Shown here in pieces: positions 52,402 to 62,900 of a DNA stretch of 64,000 nt. The DNA comes from Andalucia godoyi And28 (taxonomy: Eukaryota > Protista > Jakobida). The position numbers and the translations under genes were made by a program. The number at the start of each line of letters is the position of its first letter. The first letter of the stretch is position 1. The stretch is from assembly GCA_009859145.1 (NCBI GenBank), contig VRVR01000054.1:62001-126000 (forward strand), given 5' to 3'. The notes under the pieces are model-generated. The model ran no database searches. It was not told where the DNA came from and was given only the letters and a program-made list of their open reading frames with translations.

Positions 52402-55400
52402 TTATTCAGCGAAACGAACCCATTTTTGGAGACTTTTGATGAACGCATCCGCAGATTCAACATTCGGCGACTGCAAATCCCACCGGATGTTGTTTCTGCA
52501 CACAATCGAAAAGCAGGCCTTCATCTTTGTTTCTGTTGTATGACTGGAGCGCTCAAAACGCTTGAGGAAATGCGATAACTTGTTCTGCGGGACACTGGAG
52601 CAACATTCGACGGATTCAACATCTTGTCTGCGCACTGCCTTTTCCTTTTTTGTGGGAAGATGGACGGTGTCCAGCAACCTTCCCGATCGGTCGAAAGCGG
52701 GCTTCACAAGAATCAAGCAGTCTGCAACAGTTCCATCTTTGACTGTGCGACGACTGACACCGAACAGCTTCGGCTTCGGAGGTTTTCTGCCTTTCATTTG
52801 TAACAGCACCTGCGGTTCTAACTGAAAAGCCAGGAGCCCAATTTCCGTAATGACGTCCAGCACGGACATCGGAGCATCTTCCCCAGAAACACCTTCTTTC
52901 AGCAGATCTTCGTTCACCGAATCAATGCCAACACTCGTGGCGTGATTCATCTCTGCAGAAGGTGCAGCTCGCACCGCGCCTGCCTGTTTCTCCAGCTGTG
53001 AAACAACTACCGAAGATCCTCTGCCCGATTCGTAGCTCTCCTCGATATCGTTTCCATCACCATCGCCACCATCGCCACCATCGTCGTCGTTAATGGAAGA
53101 GACTACACTGCTTGTCGGCGAGGAAAGGAAGCTGGCATCAGAATCGAGAGTCAAATCAAAGAGCAGCAGGCTCTCTGATGTTTCCTTTTGAGGGGCATCT
53201 GAAATGGGAAGAGCAGCATGCAGAATCGAACCAACTGGAGGTAAACACGCTTCTTGTCGGAAGGCGCGTATCAACAGCACCAGAAGCAGTTGGACATCAC
53301 GGGCCTTCACAAACAGCGCATCAAACTGTTGAAATCTGTGAGAGAACAGCACACCATCACCAAGACGGACAGGCGAGTTGTGCACGACTTTCAAATCCAC
53401 GGGGGTTCTACTATCTCGAGACCGGACGGCAAAACACGTAAGAATATCGGGTAGCAGTATTCGAGTCTCTACCGTCACATCCTGCACATATCGGTACGGC
53501 AAACAAATTTTAGAGGAAAGCAGAGACAGAGTAGGTCGAAACAGCAAGTGCCTGTTTGTCAGAATCAGCTTGCCCGTAAGCGGCACCGCATCCACACGCA
53601 CACAGACAAAGTCACACACAGGAACGGTGGTCCCCTCCGCATCCTGCAAGTCCACGCCAAATCCAGACAACAGCTCTCTCGTCTTCATCACCCACTTCGC
53701 ATCAGCCAGCTTCAAGATACGAAGCTTCCCCACATACTTGGCGAACGATGAGCACCACTGTTCCGAAATGCTATGCACCACCAGCTCATAGAATCGCTCG
53801 ACTGTTTCTCGAAAGGACACTGCTTCTGCTTTCCGCCCCTGCACCAAGCTTCTGAAATGCTCCGACAAGTCCTTCTGGAAGGATACTGCATTGCGGAACA
53901 ACGGGAAATCGCCAGACTTCGGCTCTTGAAACTGGCGCTGCAGTAGCTGCGTCTTGCGAGCATTAATTGTGCTCACCAAACGCTCAAGCACGAGGTCAAA
54001 GTTCACAAGATCGATCGCCAGTTCCGGGTTCTCAGTCGTCGCCATCTTCCACGTGCACCGGAAACGAGACAGAATATCCGAGCATCTCGTTCGAAGACGA
54101 TCCAGGTGAGACACGTGGTACCGGTAGCTTTCTTTTTCCAAGCAAAGCTGCAAGAAGTACATGAAAGTAAAGCTGATGGACCGAGGTTGTGACACTGGAA
54201 TGCATATCATAAGTTTCATGGAAAAGACAGACGTCGCTCGAAGAATCCACAACTCCATGAACGAGACCGCTTGGCTTCCGGACTTTACAGATTTGTCGGA
54301 TTGCAGAGAGGGAGCAGATCCAGACAAGAAATGGCCAAGAATGCCGATCGGGAACGCTCCGCCACCAGAACGAACCGAGCCAGAAGATGGTGGAGAATTT
54401 TGATTCGTTTCCAAGTCGTTGGATTCCATGCGCCGAGCAATCGACGCCCCTGCAACAACAGCCAGAGCAGCAGCGGAACTGACAAACATTGCAACGCCTC
54501 CAACAACGGCGAACATAAACCACTCTTTCGAAGCATCCGAAAACCCGTCGATCGGTTTTCCAGCAATGTACTTTAGAATTTCATCTATCGAAGCAGGCTC
54601 TCTTCGAAGCAAGGCACGATACATCACATCGGTTTGAGCAGTGATCTTGAATGTCCCGTCGGCAGCGATCTTTGCGTAGATCGAGAGTGTCACCGAAACA
54701 TGAAATGGCCTTGTTTTTGCAGAGCCCGGTAGTTCCGAATGCAAGAGATGCAGCAGCAACGCGGCGTCCTTCTCCAGAAGCTCCTGTGGAACTGGAAATC
54801 TGTCTCTTGAAGCCCGGTGTTGTTGTTGTTGTTGTTGCTGCTGCTGTTGTTGTTGTTGTCGAGGGAGCCGCGCAGAGGGAACGTCCGGGAGGAGGAAGCT
54901 GATTCGGAAGCCGTGATGACGAAGTAAGATGACCATCGATTCTTGTATTTCAACAGGCCTCTTATCGGCAGCCAGGTCGAACGTGATCCTGAGATGCGAC
55001 ATGTCCTTGCTAATCTCTCTGGAGGCGAAACCAGACCCATCAAAGAAGTTCGCCCAGTTCTTGCTTTCACAGTCCCGGACAAACGCCAGCGCCAATGGCA
55101 TTTCACGTTTGACCTTGAGTTCTTCGAACAGCGTTCCGGGAGTGACATCCGAGTACGCATCAATCAGAACAAAAGATCTCAGCGACCCGCTGCTGCCAGA
55201 CGCAGAGTGCGCCACAACATCCACAGCCTTCCCGACGATCCAGTCTCGCTGGAACCTTGCCACGCGCAAGCCGCCCGCAAATCCAGCAAACGCAGGGCTG
55301 ACACAAACCCAGTCGCCTTTGCTCACCTCTCCGATGAATGCCGGTCCATCATCGAACCATGCAAGGCACTTCCCTCGCTCGACGCACTTGACATCTAGAC

Positions 55401-56091
55401 ACCCCTCCTCAGCCGGCTCGCTCACGACCAAAGGATGCTGCACCCGCGCTCTGAAAACAGCATCTTCCCAATTCTTTGCCACGTCCGCCGCCGATACGAC
55501 AGAGCCCGATTCCATTCGGAAGACAACTTCACCTTCGGCGAACCTCACGCATGCACACGCCGGATCACGCTGAAAGGTTCGAATGACCGTCTCGCGATTC
55601 ATGATTTGTTCAAACTCTGATTTCAGCTCAGAAATCGTGTCTTCCATGCTCGCCTGCCAGATGCTCCGTTCATGATCAATGGCCATAGTCAGCGCTGCGT
55701 ATGCATTCTGCAGTCCTTCAAAAGCCAGGTCCAATGCTTCTTCCATGGACCCTGCAGAGCACATCATCGCAGAGGCAGACGATTGATTGCACCGTTCAAT
55801 GACATCATTCGACACACTCACCGCCATGTACAAGTCCTGAAGCGACGTCTCCACATCTGCGCTCTGCAACGTCTCTCCAAACTGCCGCTTCTCCACATAC
55901 ATCAGAATATGCACCAGAAACACCTCCACTTTGTTGCATTTCTGCCGACACCGCACCACCTGACGAGCCCTCCGAATCGCTCGGCATATCGCAAACTTTA
56001 ACACCGAAAACAACACCATCCAATCCACCACTGTCCCCGTCCCGCACTCGGTAGTGTTAATTCCACTCCATCTGCATTCCGCATTCCGCAT
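52402..56091 (-). CDS. Large multidomain protein: N-terminal helical bundle (MLKL/RPW8-like?), GRAM domain, C-terminal PH-like domain
   Basis: ATG at 56091 or 56019. GRAM-like CDFVC...TGKLILTNRHLLF...KICLPYRYVQDV at about 53440-53625. Terminal CFSIVCRNNIRWDLQSPNVESADAFIKSLQKW resembles a PLC-type PH domain end. Confidence 0.75.
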   Translation of the reverse strand: MRNAECRWSGINTTECGTGTVVDWMVLFSVLKFAICRAIRRARQVVRCRQKCNKVEVFLVHILMYVEKRQFGETLQSADVETSLQDLYMAVSVSNDVIERCNQSSASAMMCSAGSMEEALDLAFEGLQNAYAALTMAIDHERSIWQASMEDTISELKSEFEQIMNRETVIRTFQRDPACACVRFAEGEVVFRMESGSVVSAADVAKNWEDAVFRARVQHPLVVSEPAEEGCLDVKCVERGKCLAWFDDGPAFIGEVSKGDWVCVSPAFAGFAGGLRVARFQRDWIVGKAVDVVAHSASGSSGSLRSFVLIDAYSDVTPGTLFEELKVKREMPLALAFVRDCESKNWANFFDGSGFASREISKDMSHLRITFDLAADKRPVEIQESMVILLRHHGFRISFLLPDVPSARLPRQQQQQQQQQQQQQHRASRDRFPVPQELLEKDAALLLHLLHSELPGSAKTRPFHVSVTLSIYAKIAADGTFKITAQTDVMYRALLRREPASIDEILKYIAGKPIDGFSDASKEWFMFAVVGGVAMFVSSAAALAVVAGASIARRMESNDLETNQNSPPSSGSVRSGGGAFPIGILGHFLSGSAPSLQSDKSVKSGSQAVSFMELWILRATSVFSMKLMICIPVSQPRSISFTFMYFLQLCLEKESYRYHVSHLDRLRTRCSDILSRFRCTWKMATTENPELAIDLVNFDLVLERLVSTINARKTQLLQRQFQEPKSGDFPLFRNAVSFQKDLSEHFRSLVQGRKAEAVSFRETVERFYELVVHSISEQWCSSFAKYVGKLRILKLADAKWVMKTRELLSGFGVDLQDAEGTTVPVCDFVCVRVDAVPLTGKLILTNRHLLFRPTLSLLSSKICLPYRYVQDVTVETRILLPDILTCFAVRSRDSRTPVDLKVVHNSPVRLGDGVLFSHRFQQFDALFVKARDVQLLLVLLIRAFRQEACLPPVGSILHAALPISDAPQKETSESLLLFDLTLDSDASFLSSPTSSVVSSINDDDGGDGGDGDGNDIEESYESGRGSSVVVSQLEKQAGAVRAAPSAEMNHATSVGIDSVNEDLLKEGVSGEDAPMSVLDVITEIGLLAFQLEPQVLLQMKGRKPPKPKLFGVSRRTVKDGTVADCLILVKPAFDRSGRLLDTVHLPTKKEKAVRRQDVESVECCSSVPQNKLSHFLKRFERSSHTTETKMKACFSIVCRNNIRWDLQSPNVESADAFIKSLQKWVRFAE

Positions 56092-56428
56092 TTGACGAAT
56101 GCTACGCCAGGAAGCCTCCACAACTATCGTAGTCCATGCCGGCGACAGAACTCGGGCGCAGGAGAAAGTCTCAAGCCTCAAGTCTCAAGTCACAAGACAA
56201 AAGTTTTTTGGGGAGCTGCATGAATCTGCTGTAGGTGCGGTTCCAAAACGTTATATCGCAAACTGTTCCCTCAAGCATGTGTTTTCTTCCACTGTTGGCG
56301 TCGTTTTTTTCGACATTTTCTTTTTAATTTTTCCCCAGCATTTTCAGAAGATCCAATTTTATCAATATATTTCTTAAATTGCGTTTTGCAAGGGGGGAAA
56401 AAGAAGGAAGGGAAACGAGAGAAAAAAG

Positions 56429-59400
56429 ATGAATGTGTCAGTTCGATTGTGTCCATTCCAAACACAGTCTTCTGGCATTCTTCCGCTTTTCCACCACTCT
56501 ATATCACATTCGAATCCGCAAGGACAGGTGCTTTCGATTTCGGATTCGCCGAGTCTTGTTCCTGGGTCTACACGGTCGTTCCCATTTTCAGCAGTGTATG
56601 AAAACGAGGCTTCTCAACTTGCGGTGTTTGATGGCGAGTCGGCGCGGCTGACGGATGTGCTGTTTGGCTCGAATGCGGAATCAGCTACGATTGCTCTCTA
56701 TGGCTGTTCGTCGGCTGCGAAGAAATTCACTCTCGAGGGGCCTCCGGAACATCCAGGTCTGCTGTACCGTTGCCTAGATCGGATTTTCAACCGGATTGCC
56801 CAGCTGCATGTAAGCCAACCAGCCGTGACGTATGCCGTGAAGCTGCAGTGCTACCAGATTGTGCATGAGCAGTTCAAAGACTTAATGAATCTGCAGAATT
56901 CCTCCAAGCTCAAGCTGAGAGACGACGCAAAACGAGGTGTGTTGTGCGAAGGCGCGACCGAGATGATTCTGCGATCACCCGGACATGGGTTCGACCTTGT
57001 GTCGAATCTGAGGAGGGAATCGCATTCCATAGCGCACACGGTCTTCGTCGTAATTGTGGAAAAGTCTGATAGCCCACAGAATGCAAAGGCTCTGACTCTG
57101 CTGAACTTCGCCTCGCCCGAGTCAGCGATCGCACATGTGGCGAGCCAAGGCTCAGGAGGTCCAAAGGTTCCGCTGGGGAATGACCTGAAGTGGTACTCTG
57201 TTTTGCAGAGCATTGTCTCTGCTTTGGACTCGCGAGCACCGTATGTGCAGTTTCACAAGTCAAAGGTGACAATGCTGCTTCGAGATTCTCTATCAGGAAG
57301 ATATCCGGGGTGCGTCCTTGGTGTATTGAACCCGCTTGCAGATTCTCTAGAATTAACAAATGCGATGAGCTCGTTGCTGTCAAACCTGTATGAAGCCGTC
57401 GTCCGCATTCGAATGACTACTGCCGTGTTTAGCCACAAAACTCATGGGTCTCAAACAGCGAAATCCGCAGCAGCGACGGGATCCATGCCGGCGGCACACG
57501 GCGGAAGCGCGTCACTTCCGCATAAGCATGGATTTGGGTTTATTGGAGAAGATGCAACCTCGGCGGCAGGTCTCTCGATGGAGTACCTGTCTCCGTCAAA
57601 GAGAAGGTCGTCAGCAGATGCGCACCTGGAGGGCCAACACCCAGGAGACGCTCCTCTCACGCTCGATGAGATTTTACGTGTCGGAACAGATTTTTACGAA
57701 AGAACCCTGTTCTCTGGAGGCCAACAACCAGCTCATGAAGATTCTGTTCCCGCAGCCAAGCCGTTTCGAATTTCCAACCGCTTTCTCTCTGTAAATTCGA
57801 GCAAGCAGGAAATTGTTCCGGAGAAACAGTTTCAGCCACAGTTTCATCCTCAGCTTCCGGCCGCGCATCAGCAGCAGTCGCAGCAGCATCTGCCGTCCTC
57901 TCATCCGCAGACCGACCAATTTATGGCTCCATTACAGCCGCAGTCCCAATTCGCAAATCAAGGCCATTCGTATTACAGCACTCAGGTGCAGCAGCATCCG
58001 CAGCAATTTGCGGCACAGCGCACTTTTGAGGGGCAGCCACTTCCAGCGCAAACTTGGACCGTGCCAGACGCCCAGCCTGCTTTTGTAAATCAAGAACTAC
58101 CAGGGGCTCCGCCAGGCATCACTATGCACGAAATGGCGGTTCACTTGATGGAGTACCAGAGACACATTGCAGAGCTGGAATCGAAGTTGGAAAATGTTGT
58201 TTACGAAAAGAACTCCGTCAAGGAAGAGCTTGATTTGTTCCTGCGAAGGCCGTCTGCCCCTTCTCAGCCCGCTGGTGCATCATCTGCAAAGTCTGCTTCA
58301 GCCTCCACGGTTCGCTTCAGCAATCCAGTAAGCTCAACGGGAGGCACAGTGTCCAGCGCTGGAGCTTCGGCCTCAGGTCCTGCCGCAGGTGGAGCTCATG
58401 GATCACCGCAGGGCTCTCTGGCAGGTTCGACTTCCAAAAGGCCGCGCAGTGCGTCTGTTTCGCGTTCCCAAGGTCGAGAGGTAGCGGCTGCAAGTTCGAT
58501 GATTGTGGATGATCCAAAGGCGCTCCGTGAGCGGCTGCAGCGCGCGGAAGCGACCGCACGGGATTACGACAAATACCGGCAAGTTATGGAAGCATCGTTC
58601 GTGAAGCTTCGCGAAGAGCTGGATGCAAAAAATGCGGAACTGGAGACTAAGGAGAAGCACATCAAGGCGTTGGAAAAGCGATCGCGAGAGACAATGAATG
58701 AATCTCAGCGGGCATCGCTATCTGCCAAGGAGTATGAAAAGAAGATCCAGACCTTGGAGGATGAAAACACTAAGCTTCACAAGGAAGTCAAGGCGCTGAA
58801 GAAGGAGATTGGTGTATCTCAAAAGGATAAGTCTCGCGTGAAGTTGTTGGAAGCAGAGGTGTCTTCTCTTCAAAGTTTAAAGCCGCTTGAAGCCGAAGTC
58901 CAAAATCTCAGAGCCCTGAAGCGTGACCTGGAATCAAACTTGTCTTTGCGAGACCAAGAGCTGGCAAACAACAAGTCTCTCATTCATCGGCTTCTTGAGG
59001 ACATCAAGATGGTGAAGGAGTCTTTGATTCAGCAGGCTCATCACCAACAACAGCAGCAACAACAGCAACAGCTTCAGAATGTGCACAATGGGTCCCCAGA
59101 TTCAGCATCGGCAAGTCGGGCGAATATGCTTGACAAGGCCAACCGCAAGCTTGCAACAGACCTGGACTTTTCACGGAGTGCGCTGACGAAGGCACTAACG
59201 GATAACCAGGCAATCCGCAAGGAACTTGAACGTCTGCAAGCGGAGAAAGCCGAGCTTCTCGACGAGCTCACGCGCAGTTCAGGAGCGTCCCCTCCCGAGC
59301 AGTCCATGGAAATCACGTATGATCCCGAACCGGAAATTCTCCCTGCTCAAGCCGTGCGGCGTCCAGTTCCTCCAGCAGGCTCCAAGCAGTATCCGCAGCC

Positions 59401-59608
59401 TTCCTACTCAAACGCATCAGACCCTTATGAAATGCAACCGGACGCGTTTGCACACGAAACCCGCTCTCACCCTGCGGCTCCCTCCTACTACGCCCCACAG
59501 CCGCCTCCTCCTTCCGGGGCACTGAGCAGCAGCAGTTCCAGTGGAGTGAGCGTCTCTTCTGCTATTCCGCCACGGGCGTCGCGCAGCATCTATCTTAGCG
59601 ATCTGTAA
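56429..59608 (+). CDS. Kinesin-like protein with degenerate (probably inactive) motor domain, Q-rich linker and long coiled coil
   Basis: Kinesin-fold remnants VKLQCYQIVHEQFKDLM, LKLRDDAKRGV, VQFHKSKVTMLLRDSLSG and VLGVLNP. P-loop reads IALYGCSSAAKKFTL and switch II reads LLNFASPE. Confidence 0.8.
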   Translation: MNVSVRLCPFQTQSSGILPLFHHSISHSNPQGQVLSISDSPSLVPGSTRSFPFSAVYENEASQLAVFDGESARLTDVLFGSNAESATIALYGCSSAAKKFTLEGPPEHPGLLYRCLDRIFNRIAQLHVSQPAVTYAVKLQCYQIVHEQFKDLMNLQNSSKLKLRDDAKRGVLCEGATEMILRSPGHGFDLVSNLRRESHSIAHTVFVVIVEKSDSPQNAKALTLLNFASPESAIAHVASQGSGGPKVPLGNDLKWYSVLQSIVSALDSRAPYVQFHKSKVTMLLRDSLSGRYPGCVLGVLNPLADSLELTNAMSSLLSNLYEAVVRIRMTTAVFSHKTHGSQTAKSAAATGSMPAAHGGSASLPHKHGFGFIGEDATSAAGLSMEYLSPSKRRSSADAHLEGQHPGDAPLTLDEILRVGTDFYERTLFSGGQQPAHEDSVPAAKPFRISNRFLSVNSSKQEIVPEKQFQPQFHPQLPAAHQQQSQQHLPSSHPQTDQFMAPLQPQSQFANQGHSYYSTQVQQHPQQFAAQRTFEGQPLPAQTWTVPDAQPAFVNQELPGAPPGITMHEMAVHLMEYQRHIAELESKLENVVYEKNSVKEELDLFLRRPSAPSQPAGASSAKSASASTVRFSNPVSSTGGTVSSAGASASGPAAGGAHGSPQGSLAGSTSKRPRSASVSRSQGREVAAASSMIVDDPKALRERLQRAEATARDYDKYRQVMEASFVKLREELDAKNAELETKEKHIKALEKRSRETMNESQRASLSAKEYEKKIQTLEDENTKLHKEVKALKKEIGVSQKDKSRVKLLEAEVSSLQSLKPLEAEVQNLRALKRDLESNLSLRDQELANNKSLIHRLLEDIKMVKESLIQQAHHQQQQQQQQQLQNVHNGSPDSASASRANMLDKANRKLATDLDFSRSALTKALTDNQAIRKELERLQAEKAELLDELTRSSGASPPEQSMEITYDPEPEILPAQAVRRPVPPAGSKQYPQPSYSNASDPYEMQPDAFAHETRSHPAAPSYYAPQPPPPSGALSSSSSSGVSVSSAIPPRASRSIYLSDL

Positions 59609-59783
59609 TCCACGCATGGCACCGTAGCATTACTCCCCCCTCCCCCTCCCCCCTCTTTCTTCTTCTTGTCCATCTGTATTATATATGCCTACGTGCCTGC
59701 CATATGCAATGTATTTCATGACCTGGAGTTCTGAAACTTTCGTCCGCCTGCCTGCCGTAATTAAAAAAGGATGCAGTGAACAC

Positions 59784-59840
59784 TAATTCTCTCTCTCACT
59801 CTCTCACACTCTCTCTCTCTTACTCACACACACTCTCTCC
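59784..59840. repeat. Imperfect (CT)n/(CA)n tract upstream of XRN2
   Basis: Interrupted CT/CACT dinucleotide run. Confidence 0.8.
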
Positions 59841-59962
59841 CTTTTTGCAGCGAAAAACCATTATCTCCTTCATTCCAATCGGAACTTCGATTTCTTTCTT
59901 TCAGTTTCTTCATGTTATTGTGGTGATAGGCTTGGTTTGGTTTTGCATTGTTTTTGGAGGAA

Positions 59963-62900
59963 ATGGGAGTTCCGGCGTTTTATCGATGGCTTGCAACAAA
60001 GTATCCAAAGACGATCCGCGCGGCATACTCGGAGCGTCCGTATCCTGATGCGCCAGTCGATACTTCGTCTGATAATCCGAATGGAACTGAGTTTGACAAC
60101 TTGTATCTGGATATGAACGGCATCATCCATCCTTGTTCACACCCTGAGGATCGTCCTGCTCCTACGACCGAGGACGAGATGTACCATGCGATATTCGAGT
60201 ACATTGATATGATCTTTACGATTGTTCGGCCAAGGAAGGTCCTTTACATGGCAATTGATGGAGTGGCGCCAAGAGCAAAGATGAATCAGCAGAGAAGTCG
60301 ACGGTTCAGATCTGCAAAGGATACGCAGGAGAGAATGGAGGAGGAGCGTCGGATCCGGGCCGAAATGGAAGCGCAAGGAGCGAAGTTCCCTGCTCGTGAG
60401 CAGAAGGCACACTTTGATTCCAACGTGATTACGCCTGGAACCCCTTTTATGTACCGGCTGTCGATTGCGCTGCAGTATTACATTCACGACAGGATCAACA
60501 ATGATCCCGGTTGGAAGAACGTTGCGGTTGTGTTGTCGGATGCGAGTGTTCCTGGAGAAGGCGAGCACAAGATTGTCGAGTTTGTGCGAGAAGTGCGGCT
60601 CCGGGAGGGTTACGACGCGAACACTAAGCACGTCATTTATGGGCTGGACGCGGATCTGATTATGCTTTCGCTAGCCACGCACGAGCCGCATTTTACCGTG
60701 CTGCGGGAGCAGATTTCGAACGGACACAGATCGGCGTCAGTGCGTGAAAAACTAGAAGAGGAGCTTGTTTTGGCAAACACTGGAGAGTCTTCAGCGAAGG
60801 CCGTTGAGGAGGAGAAGCTGTCCGAGCGACGGAAGAGGAGGTCGAGACAGGCAGCGGCGGATGGTACGCAGGAGCCGTCCATCTACGACAAACCCTTTGA
60901 GTTTTTGGACATCGCAGTTCTTCGAGAGTACTTGTCCGTGGAATTCAAGGTTGAACATCTGCCGTTCGAATACGACTTTGAGAGAGTGATCGATGATTTC
61001 ATCTTTATCTGCTTTTTTGTCGGAAACGACTTTTTGCCACATCTTCCGTCAATGGATATTCGCGAAGGCGCCATTGATAAGCTTTTGGATTTGTACGTAG
61101 TACACCTTCCGTATTTGCGTGGATACCTCACGGAGAATGGCATTGTCAATCTCAGCCGCTGTGAGCGTTTTCTTGCAGAAGTTGGGAGAATTGAGGACGA
61201 CATTTTTCAGAGGCGAAAGAATCAGAAGAAATGGAACGAGGATAGAAAGAAACAGTCTGCTGAACAGACTCCTGAGCAAAAGTTGATCGCAGAAAGGATG
61301 CAGCGACTGACACGGTCACTTCCTGATGTTGCCGTCATTCCAATTGGCGAAGGCTCCGGACGAGCTGCGGACGAAGCAAGTGCACGCGCGAAAGAGGCGA
61401 CGCGTGTTGCATTCAGCCGTTCATTTTCGGCGTCACCAGACAGGAGCAACTCCTCAGAGTCTGCGGAGTCCGCTTGCGAGCCTTCCGCAAAAGTCGCCCG
61501 AGAGTCGAGTGCGTTGGAAGAAAACGAGAGTGCGCTGTCTTTGGACAGCAAACCGTCGGACGAGGATGTTCTGGAGAAGGAGGACGAGATGGTGGAGGAG
61601 ATTGCAGAGGAGATTGCAGAGGAGATTGCGGAAGAGGTCAAGGAGGTCATCCAAGAGGAAGCGGGGGTTGCCAAAGTGGAGGAAGCGCCTGATGAGTGGA
61701 AGCAACTGTCGGACAAGCTTGCGGAGCGTCTACGAGAAATTCGCAATGTTGAAGGCAAAGTCCCGGACGAGATCTTGTTCGGAATCGCAGGCTGGCGTGA
61801 GCGGTATTACGCGAAGAAGTTCAAGATTGACTACCGTTCTGATCGGGTGCTCCGTGACGAGATCTACAAGAAATTCATGGAGGGTTTGTGCTGGGTGCTG
61901 CGGTACTACTATCACGGCTGCGCTTCCTGGTCTTGGTACTACCCATACCACTATGCTCCTCTTGCGTCCGACTTGCTGGATGTGTCTACGTACAACATTG
62001 AATTTCAGAAAGGGCAGCCCTTCCGTCCGATTGAGCAGTTGATGGCGGTGTTTCCGGCTGCATCGGGACATGCAATCCCGGAACAGTTCCGTCGTTTCAT
62101 GTCTGATCCAGATTCTCCTATTATTGACTTTTATCCGACAGAATTTGATGTCGATTTGGAAGGCAAGCGCTTTACATGGGAAGGCGTTGCGCTTCTGCCG
62201 TTTATTGATGAAAAGCGTTTGTTGGAAACCATTCGGCCAGTCGAGGAACAGCTGGAAGGAGAAGACAGACTTCGGAACGAGCGGGGCAGCACCATCATGT
62301 TCGCACACCACGATACTGCGATAGGTCGCGAGATATTCAAGACTTATCCTGGTGAGGAGCAGCATCTGCAGGATGGCAAGGTGGAAATCAAGTGCTATCC
62401 GACGGTTCACTCGATTACCGGATCCTTCACATGCTACGATGATGCACCAGCGTTTGACAAGCCGTGGGTAAACCCTATTCGGTCCCACGTTTCCAAGCCT
62501 CAGGTCAAGGGGAAACTCGACTGCGTTCGATCTGTGTGCGCGACGTTTGAGCTCCCGCCGCACCTGGATCATGTCCCTCGATTGCTGCCTGGTGCAGTCC
62601 CTCCTCCGTGGGCGTTGTCGAATGAGGACTTGGATACGAAGGAATTGCAGAAACGGTACGATATCCGCCGCAAGATTCAATTCCGGAACACGCAATCTTA
62701 TTCTCATGCCGAGCCGACATTCCGGCCTCACCAACCGCAATACCATCATGGAGCTGCGTATTTCCAGCCCAACATGTCGTCGGTTCCTGCTATGAATCCG
62801 ATTCCCGTCCCGGTTTTATCTTATGGAGCAGCTTACGGAGCGGTGTCCTATGGAAATAGCTATGCGGTCCCGATGGCGGCTCCTGTGCCTGTTCCTGTGC

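Noticed and set aside
52022-52543. ORFs with (RE)n/(SL)n around the 52.2-kb repeat
   Set aside because: Same microsatellite artefact, in a convergent intergenic spacer.
61730-62749. 339-aa antisense ORF, and similar ones inside PCCB, OS9, DHX8 and BCAS3
   Set aside because: Antisense or alternative-frame shadows of well-supported genes.
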